From: Nitrososphaeraceae archaeon
Lineage (GTDB): Archaea > Thermoproteota > Nitrososphaeria > Nitrososphaerales > Nitrososphaeraceae
Length of the DNA: 27,642 nucleotides
Assembly (NCBI GenBank): GCA_035640055.1
Contig: DASQWW010000001.1
Location: 1-27,642, forward strand
Reading direction: 5' to 3'
A model generated the notes under the pieces. It had not been told where the DNA came from. It did no database searches and saw only the letters and a list, made by a program, of their open reading frames with translations. Positions 1-10,664 of the stretch are shown here, piece after piece; the stretch's first letter is position 1; each line of letters begins with the position of its first letter. The position numbers and the translations under genes were made by a program.

Positions 1-442
1 AGTTTGTCAATGATACAAGATACTAATTATTATTATTTATCAATCATGTAAATGTGGTCTATTAATGTATGATGATAGTGGTAGCATTTTAAGGTAGAAT
101 AAAAAGATAACTTATTTATGCTCCTCATCTCTTCTTCCTCCGCCCTACTATGGCTTTGTACAAACAGACTTGTCCTGTATGCCTGAACCTTGCTCATTCC
201 TATTCTGATTATTACCTGTCCCTTTTCCTGTTTAAACTTCAACTGGTTTTGTTATGTGAAAGATATGGCGATAGATTGTTTTCATTGTTATCATGACGAC
301 AATTAAATCCAAAGTTGTAACTCTTTTTGTTAAGATCATTATATTCATAACAGGCAATCAATTAATAATGATCTTAACAAAGACTTTAATTACATTCTTT
401 TGCAAACTGAAAAAATTATAAGTTCATTGTTTGCAATAATAG

Positions 443-784
443 ATGGTAAAAATGAAGAAAGAGTTTGTAGCTGCAAGGATTGAAGCTGCCCAAGATGGTA
501 GTCCTTATATTTATATTACATTCAGCGATCCTAACGATTACAAATCGGGAGAACGACAACCACAAAATCCATTTGGTCAGAACACGATGGCATTTACTTC
601 CCCAGAGGATTTGATGAAAAATTTGCCCAAGATGATGTCTCGCTTGATGGGTGGAGCTAGTGGTTCGACTGATTCACCTACATTTAAGATAAGTATGAAG
701 GAGTATGAAGATATAGGGATCAAAGTTGGCGACAAAGTTATAATAGAAATTAAAAAATCAGATAATAGTGGAATTTATACTTAA
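443..784 (+). CDS. Conserved-looking hypothetical protein, 113 aa
   Basis: ATG-start ORF with balanced composition and charged, non-repetitive sequence ending in KVGDKVIIEIKKSDNSGIYT. No family recognised. Confidence 0.65.
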   Translation: MVKMKKEFVAARIEAAQDGSPYIYITFSDPNDYKSGERQPQNPFGQNTMAFTSPEDLMKNLPKMMSRLMGGASGSTDSPTFKISMKEYEDIGIKVGDKVIIEIKKSDNSGIYT

Positions 785-1436
785 ATGTAAAGAAATAATT
801 AACATGTAAATCAGACTGCCAAACTACAAAAATCGATATAATTCTACAGTGGCAATACAGAAAAGAAAAATGATACCACCATGATTCACATTAGGAAAAA
901 CAGTTCTCAGATAGGCATAGAATTAAGGTATAAAAAGAATGAGAAGACATCTCTCTTCTTATATCATTATTAAGAAAAGGCTTATCCAGTAAAAAAGTTA
1001 TTGATTCACAAATAGTTTTACATTCTTTTACATAAGGGACATTCGCTATATTGGAATGGCGTCCCGCAAATACTGTTCTTTCCACATCCATATAACATTC
1101 CACACCTTTTACATTGATGTAAACAAGTCACTTCTTGCCTCCTTTTGGTAATTGAAGACAACAACTGCTATGATCTACATACGGTTTGTTAAGATAGATG
1201 TCAGATTCTTTAAGTAACTAAAAATGGCTAATTCCAATTAATATTTTCAATAGAGAGCTCTTATCAAATTATTATCTATTCAAACTTTCAGTTGAATATC
1301 CTCTTGGACTTTTCACTATCAGTCTATAGAAGAAATAATGAAGAACTAGTAACGTAGAAAGTAATACGATCTGATGTGTATTATCTTTAGTTAGATAACG
1401 CTTTTAAGCTAATAACATCCTTTTGTACAAGACGAA

Positions 1437-4157
1437 ATGGCAGGAATTACCGAGTTTAACAATTCAAAAGAGAATTTGATCACACATATAACAAAAAGAA
1501 ACAGACGAGTGGTCGAATTTGCACAATCAAAGATATCAAATGCAGTCTACAAGGCACTCATAGCAACTGGCAAAGCAGACTATTCATTAGCAGAAAGGCT
1601 AGCAAACAGGGTTGTACATAAGATGGTTCAACAGGGCTATAGTTCAGCTGAAAAAGCTGCAATTCCAAGTGTTGAAGATGTGCAGGACATAGTAGAATCT
1701 ATACTCATCGAGGAAGGCTTGTCCGAAACCGCAAAAGCTTACATTTTGTATAGACATGAACGCCGTAAAGTCCGTGACGAGAAGATGAAGATTTTAAACA
1801 AGAAGGACCTTGACGAGGTGGACAAGGCATTTGACGTTAGTTCACTTAGAGTTTTAGCAGCACGTTATCTGCTGAGAGATAGTAATGGTGAGATTATTGA
1901 AGGTCCAAAGCAAATGTTCGAAAGGGTGGCCGTTCTCGTAACAATTCCAGATATTATTCACGATTCGCAATTATTCGATTTATCAGGCGAACATATCCAA
2001 AGTATTGAAGAAGCAGAAAAATATTATACCAAAGTTGATGACTTTGCTCTAAAGTTAAAGCTTGGCAATTATTATCTAAACAAGTATCATTTTGAATCCT
2101 TAATTCGCCATTATATTTATCTGGCAAAACATGGACAGATGAAAGTTAGCTTTAAGGAATTACTTAAATTAATAGCTGAGGGTAAGATGGGAACCTATGA
2201 GGAAAGAATTAAAGAATACTATAATTTGATGGTATCCAGAGATTTCCTTCCAAATACACCGACATTGATGAATGCAGGAGCAAGGCTTGGTCAACTGTCA
2301 GCATGTTTCGTTCTTGATATGCAAGATGATATGTATCAGATCATGAAATCATCAACTGATGCAGCTATGATTTTCAAATCGGGAGGAGGAGTAGGAATAA
2401 ATTATTCCGATCTAAGACCAGAAGGAGACATTGTTGCCTCAACGTCTGGTGTTGCATCAGGTCCAACCTCATTTATGAGAATTATTGATACGATTACTGA
2501 TGTGGTAAAACAAGGCGGGAAGAGGCGAGGTGCAAATATGGGTATTCTAGAGACATGGCATCCCGATATTGAAAGGTTCGTCACTGCCAAGACAAAGCCT
2601 GGTGTATTTGAGAACTTTAATGTCAGTGTTGGTGTCTGGGAAGACTTTTGGCAATCACTTGTAAATAAGGATGGTCACAAATATATATTACGTAACCCAC
2701 GATCTGGTGAGCCTATAAAACAGATAGATTCACATCAATTGATGGATTTGATTGCATTTAGTGCATGGAAAAGCGCTGAACCTGGTGTTATTTTCTTTGA
2801 TAATATTAACAAGTACAATCCTTGTATTAACGCAAAGGGTGGACCATTACGTGCAACAAATCCATGTGGTGAGCAATCACTATATCCTTATGAATCATGC
2901 AATCTAGGTTCGATCAATCTTGCAAACTTTGTGAAGCGAAAGGCAGATGGAATGTATGAATTTGACTGGCAAAGATATGAGCAAGCAATCAGACTATCCT
3001 CAAGGTTCTTAGACAATATAATTGATATGAACAAATATCCAGTTGAAGAGATCGACATCAATACAAAACTGACAAGAAGAATTGGCCTTGGTATAATGGG
3101 TATTGCAGATCTGCTGTTTTTACTGAGGATCCCATACAATTCAAAATACGGCTATGAGTTCATGAACAAACTGGCAGAAGCAATGTCATATTACAGCATG
3201 GAAGAGAGTGTTGCTGTTGCAAAGACAAGAGGTCCCTTCCCTCTGTTTAGAGAGACGGATTATATCAAAGGCAAGGTTCCAATTGCAGGCTACTATGAGC
3301 TTCCAAAGGAAACACATGCATATGACTGGGATTCACTAATTGAAAAGATCCAAAAACATGGAATCAGAAACTCTTGGACGTCAACAATTGCTCCCACAGG
3401 CACGCTATCAATGATTGCAGATTCCTCAAATGGCGTTGAACCAATCTTTGCGTTAGTTTTTGAAAAACGTGTAACAGTTGGCAGATTCTTCTATACCGAT
3501 AAGGTCTTTGAAAATGTATTAAAGGAGAACGGTTTGTATAATGACGAAATACTGACTAAGATTGCAAACAACTATGGTTCAGTACGTGGATTGGCTGAAA
3601 TTCCAGAATGGATCCAAAAAACCTTTGTTACTGCAATTGATGTACATTGGACTGATCATCTACTAGCCCAAGCCATATGGCAGAAATGGATCAGTAATGC
3701 TATTGCAAAGACAATCAATATGCCAGGAGATGTAACTGCAGAAGACGTAAAGTGTGCATATCTGTTATCACATGAACTAGGTTTGAAAGGAGTCACAGTA
3801 TATAGAGACGGTTCAAGACATGAACAGGTCTTGCATATTACTGGTAATAATACAAAGGAAAAAAGGTTTGTTGTGAGGCCAAGTAGATATGCAGTTGAAT
3901 ACATATATGCAAATGTTGTAGAACCATATATTAAAGAACAAGTACAAAAAATATTTAAGGAAACAGAAACCCAGGATGAAGTCCAGACCGAATTAATTCC
4001 AACTGTGCAACAAACCGAAGCTTCAAAGAAGACAGTACAAGCATCATCAATCGAATTAAATGAAGGTGAAATTTGTCCATCCTGCAAATCAAGGTTAATA
4101 ATCTCTGAAGGTTGTAATACATGTATTGAATGTGGCTTTAGTAGCTGTTCGAGTTAA
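1437..4157 (+). CDS. nrdJ: Adenosylcobalamin-dependent (class II) ribonucleoside-diphosphate reductase with N-terminal ATP-cone and C-terminal Cys-rich zinc-ribbon tail
   Basis: 906 aa. ATP-cone-like N-terminus (KRNRRVVEFAQSKISNAVYKAL). RNR catalytic motifs: FLPNTPTLMNAG, FKSGGGVGINYSDLRPEG, KQGGKRRGANMGILETWHPDIERFV, NPCGEQSLYPYESCNLGSINL, WTSTIAPTGTLSMIADSSNGVEPIFALVFEK. C-terminal CPSCKSRLIISEGCNTCIECGFSSC. Confidence 0.95.
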   Translation: MAGITEFNNSKENLITHITKRNRRVVEFAQSKISNAVYKALIATGKADYSLAERLANRVVHKMVQQGYSSAEKAAIPSVEDVQDIVESILIEEGLSETAKAYILYRHERRKVRDEKMKILNKKDLDEVDKAFDVSSLRVLAARYLLRDSNGEIIEGPKQMFERVAVLVTIPDIIHDSQLFDLSGEHIQSIEEAEKYYTKVDDFALKLKLGNYYLNKYHFESLIRHYIYLAKHGQMKVSFKELLKLIAEGKMGTYEERIKEYYNLMVSRDFLPNTPTLMNAGARLGQLSACFVLDMQDDMYQIMKSSTDAAMIFKSGGGVGINYSDLRPEGDIVASTSGVASGPTSFMRIIDTITDVVKQGGKRRGANMGILETWHPDIERFVTAKTKPGVFENFNVSVGVWEDFWQSLVNKDGHKYILRNPRSGEPIKQIDSHQLMDLIAFSAWKSAEPGVIFFDNINKYNPCINAKGGPLRATNPCGEQSLYPYESCNLGSINLANFVKRKADGMYEFDWQRYEQAIRLSSRFLDNIIDMNKYPVEEIDINTKLTRRIGLGIMGIADLLFLLRIPYNSKYGYEFMNKLAEAMSYYSMEESVAVAKTRGPFPLFRETDYIKGKVPIAGYYELPKETHAYDWDSLIEKIQKHGIRNSWTSTIAPTGTLSMIADSSNGVEPIFALVFEKRVTVGRFFYTDKVFENVLKENGLYNDEILTKIANNYGSVRGLAEIPEWIQKTFVTAIDVHWTDHLLAQAIWQKWISNAIAKTINMPGDVTAEDVKCAYLLSHELGLKGVTVYRDGSRHEQVLHITGNNTKEKRFVVRPSRYAVEYIYANVVEPYIKEQVQKIFKETETQDEVQTELIPTVQQTEASKKTVQASSIELNEGEICPSCKSRLIISEGCNTCIECGFSSCSS

Positions 4158-4266
4158 AGGAAAGAACTTTTGTTCCTTATTTTTACTTTTCATACCTACA
4201 TAAAATATGAAGTATATATATATGCAGAGTTAATACATTCCTTTGACAATATGACTTGACTATTAA

Positions 4267-5661
4267 CTAACTTGAGCTGGCAAATTTCTCTATGATATTG
4301 CCTATACATTTAGTTGTCTTGTTTAAGAGATCGATCCTTGCAAATTCATTTGGCGAATGAATTCTCGCATATACGTATGTGCTGCCTACAGAAACACATG
4401 GTGCATTGAGCAACTTAACAAACGAATGTATTGGTCCTGTACCAGCGGACGAGACATTGATTATTGCTGTACCAAAAGTTTCCTTTGCGGATTGCTCAAC
4501 CTGCTTTACAAACGGGTCACTGACCGGTATTCTAGCAGCTGCTTCCCCATGGATGAACCTTACCTCAATTCCATCGAACCCACTTTCCTTCAAATGATTT
4601 TTAAGCCTTTCAAATTGCCTTTCAGGTATCATATCTGGAACAAGTCTAAAATCTAACTTTGCGAGGGCTGTAGCAGGAAGAACAGTTTTTGCACCCTTGC
4701 CAGTATAGCCGGCTACCAAACCTGCAATATTACATGTTGGCATTCCAACAAATGCCTTACGAAGCTCTATACCTGTTGCATTATTTACAAATTTATCAAT
4801 ATTATACTCTCTTTTGAATACTATCTCGTCAAATGGCTCATCAGAGATTAAAGCAAGTTCCTTATCTGTAAATCCTCTCACCTCATTATACCAATCTTTT
4901 ATCAGGATTTTTCCATTAGCCTCACACAGTGTGTTTAATGCCCTAATAAGTAACCATGCAGGATTTTCTATTAGCACTGCTAAACTGGAATGAGCATCTC
5001 TAGATGGTCCTTTTGCTATCAACTCAACATAGAGTAAGCCTTTCATACCAAGGCTGATAATTGGTCTATTCTTTTCATCAACATAACCAAATTCCCAGAT
5101 TATTGCATCACATGCAAGTTTCTGCCTGTATTTGGTAAGGTATTGCTCTATATGTCTACTTCCAATTTCCTCCTCACCTTCTACAATAAACTTTACATTA
5201 CATGGAATATCGCCAGTCTTTTTAAGGAAATATTCTACTGCTTTTATGCGTGTTATTAACTCTCCTTTATCATCTGCAGCTCCACGCCCAAAGATAGAGT
5301 TACCATCAACTTTGCCACTAAATGGATCTGCCTCCCATAACTCTACAGGTTCTACAGGCTGTACATCGTAATGATTGTAAAATAAAATAGTCTTGCCACC
5401 TGGATTCGTTTTTGATTTAACTTCACCATACACTATTGGTGGTATCGTATCTTTTTCATCATCATTGCTTGCATAGTCAAGGTATAATACTTCAGAATTA
5501 ATCCCTGCGTTATACATTATCTGTGAAATAAGGTTAGCACATTCAATTAGACCTTGTTTCTTTGCAGAAATACTAGGCTGCCTAATTAATGCTTGAAGGT
5601 CAGAAATAAGACCGTCCATTTCAGTGTCTACTGTATCGTTAATAATAGTCTTGTTCATCAA
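4267..5661 (-). CDS. M20 family metallopeptidase (ArgE/DapE/carboxypeptidase-like)
   Basis: 464 aa. Metal-binding motifs FYNHYDVQPVEP, GRGAADDKGELITRI and FIVEGEEEIGS, with a dimerisation-domain region GPSRDAHSSLAVLIENPAWLL. Confidence 0.92.
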   Translation of the reverse strand: MMNKTIINDTVDTEMDGLISDLQALIRQPSISAKKQGLIECANLISQIMYNAGINSEVLYLDYASNDDEKDTIPPIVYGEVKSKTNPGGKTILFYNHYDVQPVEPVELWEADPFSGKVDGNSIFGRGAADDKGELITRIKAVEYFLKKTGDIPCNVKFIVEGEEEIGSRHIEQYLTKYRQKLACDAIIWEFGYVDEKNRPIISLGMKGLLYVELIAKGPSRDAHSSLAVLIENPAWLLIRALNTLCEANGKILIKDWYNEVRGFTDKELALISDEPFDEIVFKREYNIDKFVNNATGIELRKAFVGMPTCNIAGLVAGYTGKGAKTVLPATALAKLDFRLVPDMIPERQFERLKNHLKESGFDGIEVRFIHGEAAARIPVSDPFVKQVEQSAKETFGTAIINVSSAGTGPIHSFVKLLNAPCVSVGSTYVYARIHSPNEFARIDLLNKTTKCIGNIIEKFASSS

Positions 5662-5796
5662 ATGGGGTTTTTTGCAATTGAAATTAAAGGTTACTAAAAA
5701 TCCAATATACTCTGCAATGCTTTACTTCATCATCTAGTTCTTACTCTATTCGCTTCTTCATAGTCATGTATAGTAGCTATCTAATCTATGTAAGGC

Positions 5797-7917
5797 TTAT
5801 CTCTTTCTCAGGACTATTCTAACATCTACTGCACGTGCCCCTTTTCCTTCTTCTAATACCAACAGAGGATTCATATCAAACTCTTCAACTTCGGGAAAGT
5901 CAGTAACTAACTGTGAAAGCCGCAATAGGCTGTCCAGTACAGCTCCCAAATCGGATGGCTTTTCTCCCCTGACGCCTTTTAAAATTTTAATTGTCTTTAT
6001 TGAGTCGACCATTCTTGTTGCCTCGTCTTCATCAATCGGAGCTAACCTAAAAACAACGTCTTTAAGAACCTCGACATAGACCCCGCCAAGGCCAAACATA
6101 ATAAGCGGGCCGAATAGTGGATCCTGTTTTGCGCCAAGAATTGTTTCCTTGGCTGACGTTACTACTTCTTGTACAAGAACCCCTTTGATCCTTGCATTCA
6201 TTCTATACTTATTGGCATTATCAACTATTGCTTCAAATGCTGCTCTGACTTCGTCGTCACTTTTCAATCCAACCTTAACTCCTCCAGCATCTGATTTGTG
6301 TATAATATCAGCTGACACGATCTTCATCACGACTGGGTAACCAATCTCTCTAGCAGCCTTTACACATTGCTCTTTGCTAGTTCCAAGGATACTCTTTGGA
6401 GTAGGGAAGCCATAAGCACTAAGAACCTCATAACCTTCTTCCTCTAATAGATTTGTTCTGCCATCCTTTCTGACATCATCAAAAACTCTTTTTACTTTTT
6501 CGTTATTGACACTAAATCTTTTTGACTTAGCTTTAGGCCTTGTTAACCAATCTCTGAAGTGATACATAGCTTTAAGAGTCCGGATTGCAGGTTCTGCATA
6601 CATGAAGTGTGGTATGCCGCCCTCTGATAGAATCTCTTTATTCTCAGTACCTTCTGCAAGCCCCATTAATGCAGCAAGCATTGTCTTGCCGCTACCTTTA
6701 GACGTTTTAACAATTGTTCTTGCCAGCTCATTATAATCGAGAGTAGCTGAAGGAGTACACATAGTAACTACAGAACCGACATTGGGATTTGATAGCACTT
6801 CAACCAGTACTTTCTCAAAGCGATTGAAGTCAGCATCACCTACTATATCTACTGGATTTCTTGCTGAACCATGTGGTGGAATTACTTTGACAATTGCCTC
6901 TCTTGATGTGGATATATCAGCCATTTTTAGCCCATACTTTGAACATGCATCTGTTGAGATAATAGCTGGTCCTCCAGCATTTGATACTATTACAACCCCT
7001 CCATGACCTGGTGGTACGGGCTGTTTTGAGAATGCTGTGGAAAGTTCGAATAGCTCCTCCATTGTGTCTACCCTAATTACTCCACATTGGGCAAATAGGG
7101 CATCATAGATTTCATCAGCTCCCATTAATGCACCTGTATGGGACATTGCAGCCTTGGCACCTTCCGGACTTCTACCCGCTTTCAATACTATGATTGGTTT
7201 CTGGTTTTCCAGTATAATCTTTTTAGCAATTTCCATAAACCGCCTGCCATCATGAATATCCTCAAGATATATCACAATAACTTTGGTTTCTTGATCTTCA
7301 GATAATAATTCAAGGATATCATTTTCATCCATGTCCACCTTATTACCCATACTGATTACTTTTGAAAAGCCAATGCCCTGCGCTATTGCATCTTCTACTG
7401 TAGCTGCACATATTGCACCGCTCTGAGATACCAATGCAATTCCCCCATGCCGTGGGGTAATTTTTAAGAAGGTCGCATTCATCATATTTTGTTCAGATAA
7501 ACTCATGATCCCAAGGCAGTTTGGACCTATAACCCTTGTACCATACTTTTTACCTATTTCTCCTATTTCTCTTTCTAACCTAGCGCCGTGTTCGTCAACT
7601 TCTTTAAATCCAGCTGAAACGATGATTGCTCCTTTGATCTTTTTTTTGCCGATCTCTTCCATTACTTCAGGTACAATTCTGTTTGGAGTTGCAACTATAG
7701 CAAGATCAATCTCTTCCTGAATATCAAGCACACTTTTGTAAGCCTTAAGACCAAAAACAGTAGGATTAGATGGAGTAATTGGATAGATTTTTCCCTTGTA
7801 TCCATTTATAATATTAGAAAAGATCGCCTTTCCTACACCTGGCTTTTCAGAGGCGCCGATGATAGCAATAGATTGTGGAGAAAGAAAGATATCTTTTGAG
7901 TCGGTGTATGATGACAT
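5797..7917 (-). CDS. ADP-forming acyl-CoA synthetase (acetate--CoA ligase ADP-forming family; possibly the 3-hydroxypropionate or 4-hydroxybutyrate CoA ligase type)
   Basis: 706 aa. N-terminal CoA-binding domain (SIAIIGASEKPGVGKAIFSNI), succinyl-CoA-ligase-like domain (GPNCLGIM, VSQSGAICAATVEDAIAQGIGFSKVISMGNKVDMDENDIL, KAGRSPEGAKAAMSHTGALMG), and C-terminal ATP-grasp part (YPVVMKIVSADIIHKSDAGGVKVGL, FGLGGVYVEVLKDVVFRLAP). Substrate is not determinable from sequence alone. Confidence 0.9.
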   Translation of the reverse strand: MSSYTDSKDIFLSPQSIAIIGASEKPGVGKAIFSNIINGYKGKIYPITPSNPTVFGLKAYKSVLDIQEEIDLAIVATPNRIVPEVMEEIGKKKIKGAIIVSAGFKEVDEHGARLEREIGEIGKKYGTRVIGPNCLGIMSLSEQNMMNATFLKITPRHGGIALVSQSGAICAATVEDAIAQGIGFSKVISMGNKVDMDENDILELLSEDQETKVIVIYLEDIHDGRRFMEIAKKIILENQKPIIVLKAGRSPEGAKAAMSHTGALMGADEIYDALFAQCGVIRVDTMEELFELSTAFSKQPVPPGHGGVVIVSNAGGPAIISTDACSKYGLKMADISTSREAIVKVIPPHGSARNPVDIVGDADFNRFEKVLVEVLSNPNVGSVVTMCTPSATLDYNELARTIVKTSKGSGKTMLAALMGLAEGTENKEILSEGGIPHFMYAEPAIRTLKAMYHFRDWLTRPKAKSKRFSVNNEKVKRVFDDVRKDGRTNLLEEEGYEVLSAYGFPTPKSILGTSKEQCVKAAREIGYPVVMKIVSADIIHKSDAGGVKVGLKSDDEVRAAFEAIVDNANKYRMNARIKGVLVQEVVTSAKETILGAKQDPLFGPLIMFGLGGVYVEVLKDVVFRLAPIDEDEATRMVDSIKTIKILKGVRGEKPSDLGAVLDSLLRLSQLVTDFPEVEEFDMNPLLVLEEGKGARAVDVRIVLRKR

Positions 7918-8165
7918 ATGAGAAATAAAAGCAGGATAGGATAGTTATAAATGCATATTCTATAATTAACATTATTTATCCGAAAGAAGTATCTTTATTA
8001 TAAAAATGGCATCTAATGTGATGGAAACAGAATGGATTTAATTTATAAATTTGCTAAAGAACAGTTAAAAAATAGATTTGAATAAAAAAGTTCCTCTATA
8101 TTTCTATTATTTATATTAACTTTAGAGACCTTAGGTCTCAAAAAGCCATCATGATCATTTGTGTC

Positions 8166-8993
8166 CTATTTGCTACCACTGGCCAATAGTTTAGTTCCAC
8201 ATTCTTCGCAAAAAATAGCATCATCCTCATTTTGATAATTACATGAGGGGCATTTACCTGATCCATTTATTGCAGACTCGGCATTCTTTGTTTCTGCTTC
8301 TGCTCTACTTGACAGAAGAACAATATCTCCAATTTTTGAAATATTATTCCATAGGAATTCTGTACTATCATCATCATCTTCCTTTGAAATTTTGATACTG
8401 AGCTGTACATTTCCTACTGCTGACTTCCGTAAGCCAATTTCCTGAACTTTGCCAACCAGCAGTGCTTCACTATCATAGGCAGGCATACCAACGACAGATT
8501 GAATTGGAATAAATCCTCCTTGGGTTCCAGATGTTGCAGTTTTGGTAGAAGTAACTGCAGTAGATTGTTGTAGGGAAGTAATAGAAGGTGTTTCAATTTT
8601 GTCAAGTTCAGATGATTGCAGTTGCATTGTTGCAGAAGGATCAGTTGTTTTTGTCTGGGGGGTAGAGGACGTGCCAAATTTGCGGTATTGTGCTATTGTG
8701 TTATTGCAAGTCCCACACTTGTATTCACCTTTTTCAACAAGAGTAACTCCTTCTCCAAGTTCTTCATTTGGATTTTCATAATTGACTGCCGGTGAGCCTT
8801 CGTATTCTCTTTCACATTTGTTACAATAATATTTTAAAAAGCGATCCTCTTCTAACCTTCCTAATCCCGCCAGAAACAACTCAGGTCCTCCAAGATTCCC
8901 CCTCTTCTGTTCCTCATCAGTTACTCTTGCAAAAACATAACCACCAGAACCACGCAACTTCTTTTCATGCAGTTCATTGCCCTCACTCATCAT
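8166..8993 (-). CDS. Zinc-ribbon protein with two cysteine clusters, 275 aa
   Basis: CNKCEREYEG...YKCGTCNN in the N-terminal half and CPSCNYQNEDDAIFCEECGTKLL at the C-terminus, with a Ser/Thr/Gln-rich linker between. Confidence 0.8.
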   Translation of the reverse strand: MMSEGNELHEKKLRGSGGYVFARVTDEEQKRGNLGGPELFLAGLGRLEEDRFLKYYCNKCEREYEGSPAVNYENPNEELGEGVTLVEKGEYKCGTCNNTIAQYRKFGTSSTPQTKTTDPSATMQLQSSELDKIETPSITSLQQSTAVTSTKTATSGTQGGFIPIQSVVGMPAYDSEALLVGKVQEIGLRKSAVGNVQLSIKISKEDDDDSTEFLWNNISKIGDIVLLSSRAEAETKNAESAINGSGKCPSCNYQNEDDAIFCEECGTKLLASGSK

Positions 8994-9100
8994 ATAGCGT
9001 TAACAACTTAATTGCATGAATAACTAGTATTAGTATTTTTGGGAAACGTATGGATCTGATAGTCTATATATGTCTCTCTACACATTTTTACTACCTTTAT

Positions 9101-10567
9101 CTAAACGTCAGCATACATAGAAAATTCATGGGGATGTGGTCTTATTGCAATCTCATTATGTTCTTTAGCTTGATGTTCTATAATCCTGTCTATGACATCG
9201 TCACTAAAGATTGGCTTCAAGAATGTCCTGTCACTTTCTATCTCTTCATATGCTTCCCTTAAACTAGCAGGCAACTGTTTGATTCCTAATTCTCTTCTTC
9301 TCATCGAAGTCATCTTGAAAATATCTTCGTCGACAGGGTCACCAATTACCTTCTTCTTTTTAATTCCATCCAGCCCGGCGGCGACTATTGCAGAAAATGC
9401 TAGATATGGATTACATGAGGGGTCAGGAGCTCTGAACTCAATTCTCTTCATATTAGCAAATTTTTGTCCTCTATAATGAGCTGGAATTCTTATTATCGCA
9501 GACCTGTTACCTATACTCCATGCAATATACACCGGAGCCTCATAACCAGGTACAAGCCTTCTGTATGAATTTGTAGTTGGAGCAACAATAGACGCTAAGG
9601 CAGGTGCATGGTCTATGATGCCTCCACCAAAATAGCGGGCAATTTCTGACATCTCTGCATATTCATCGTTAGCATCAAAGAATAAGTTTTTTTGCTTGTT
9701 CCACAGACTAATATTAACATGCATACCGGAGCCGTTGTCAAGTGCAATTGGCTTTGGCATCATCGTAGCAATCATATTATGTTTTTTTGCAATATTCTTG
9801 ACAATGTATTTATAACTCTGTACAGCATCAGCGGTATTAACAAGAGTATCATATCGAATATCAATTTCACATTGGCCGGCCGTGGCAACCTCATGATGAT
9901 GGGCATCACAAATAATACCAAAATTATTACTTAAAACATCTACACATTCATTACGGTAATCCATCAGAGTATCGCCCGGAGCGCTTGGAAGATATCCCTC
10001 TTTTAATCTCAAGGCATATCCTACACTATCAGTAGACCAGGGCGCTTCCCTAGATGTTATCTTATAGCTCTGTCCACGATAGGGAGTCATAGTGTTTACT
10101 TCCAGTTTATCGAAAACAAAGAATTCAATTTCAGGTCCCCAATATGAAGTGTCATAGCCTTGCTCACGAATATATTTCTCTGCTTTTGCAGCTATACCCC
10201 TTGGATCACGAGGAAATGAATCTCTTTTAGAACCACCACTCAAAATATCACAAACCAGCCTTGCAGTATAATCTTTCTCAATCCAAGGAACAATTGCATA
10301 AGTGGATGGATCAGGTCTTATGATCAAATCAGACTCATGGATTTCCGTAAAACCACGAATTGAAGAACCATCAAGTTTTGGTAGACCATCCTCAAAGTCT
10401 TCCTTGCGAAACATATCAGCTGGCATTGTAGTGTGATGGAATCTTCCCATAAGTCCAGTAAACTGTAAATCAAGGAACTTGATTTTGTTATCCTTTAACC
10501 TTTCCATAACTTCATCTGTTGTAAACGTTAATGATTCAATTTTACCGTCAATTACTTTATAAGGCAA
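9101..10567 (-). CDS. glnA: Glutamine synthetase, type I-like
   Basis: 488 aa. Motifs KLDGSSIRGFTEIHESDLIIRPDPSTYAIVPW, EIEFFVFD, HHHEVATAGQCEIDIRY, NGSGMHVNISLW, LVPGYEAPVYIAWSIGNRSAIIRIP and RIEFRAPDPSCNPYLAFSAI. Confidence 0.97.
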   Translation of the reverse strand: MPYKVIDGKIESLTFTTDEVMERLKDNKIKFLDLQFTGLMGRFHHTTMPADMFRKEDFEDGLPKLDGSSIRGFTEIHESDLIIRPDPSTYAIVPWIEKDYTARLVCDILSGGSKRDSFPRDPRGIAAKAEKYIREQGYDTSYWGPEIEFFVFDKLEVNTMTPYRGQSYKITSREAPWSTDSVGYALRLKEGYLPSAPGDTLMDYRNECVDVLSNNFGIICDAHHHEVATAGQCEIDIRYDTLVNTADAVQSYKYIVKNIAKKHNMIATMMPKPIALDNGSGMHVNISLWNKQKNLFFDANDEYAEMSEIARYFGGGIIDHAPALASIVAPTTNSYRRLVPGYEAPVYIAWSIGNRSAIIRIPAHYRGQKFANMKRIEFRAPDPSCNPYLAFSAIVAAGLDGIKKKKVIGDPVDEDIFKMTSMRRRELGIKQLPASLREAYEEIESDRTFLKPIFSDDVIDRIIEHQAKEHNEIAIRPHPHEFSMYADV

Positions 10568-10664
10568 GTGGAGTACCTCTTAGGGTAGACACTAAACACC
10601 TATAATTAAGCTTACCAAGAGCTATGGAAAGAGAATAAGGAAGTAGGAGTGTGTGAAATAACAA

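Noticed and set aside
33-242. Minus-strand ORF of 69 aa
   Set aside because: Short, no recognisable motif and in an AT-rich region. The 891..1103 minus ORF was rejected on the same grounds.
1381-1398. Small inverted repeat TTATCT/AGATAA upstream of the RNR gene, considered as part of a cobalamin-sensing leader
   Set aside because: Only a 6-bp AT-rich stem, with no cobalamin riboswitch conserved elements recognised.
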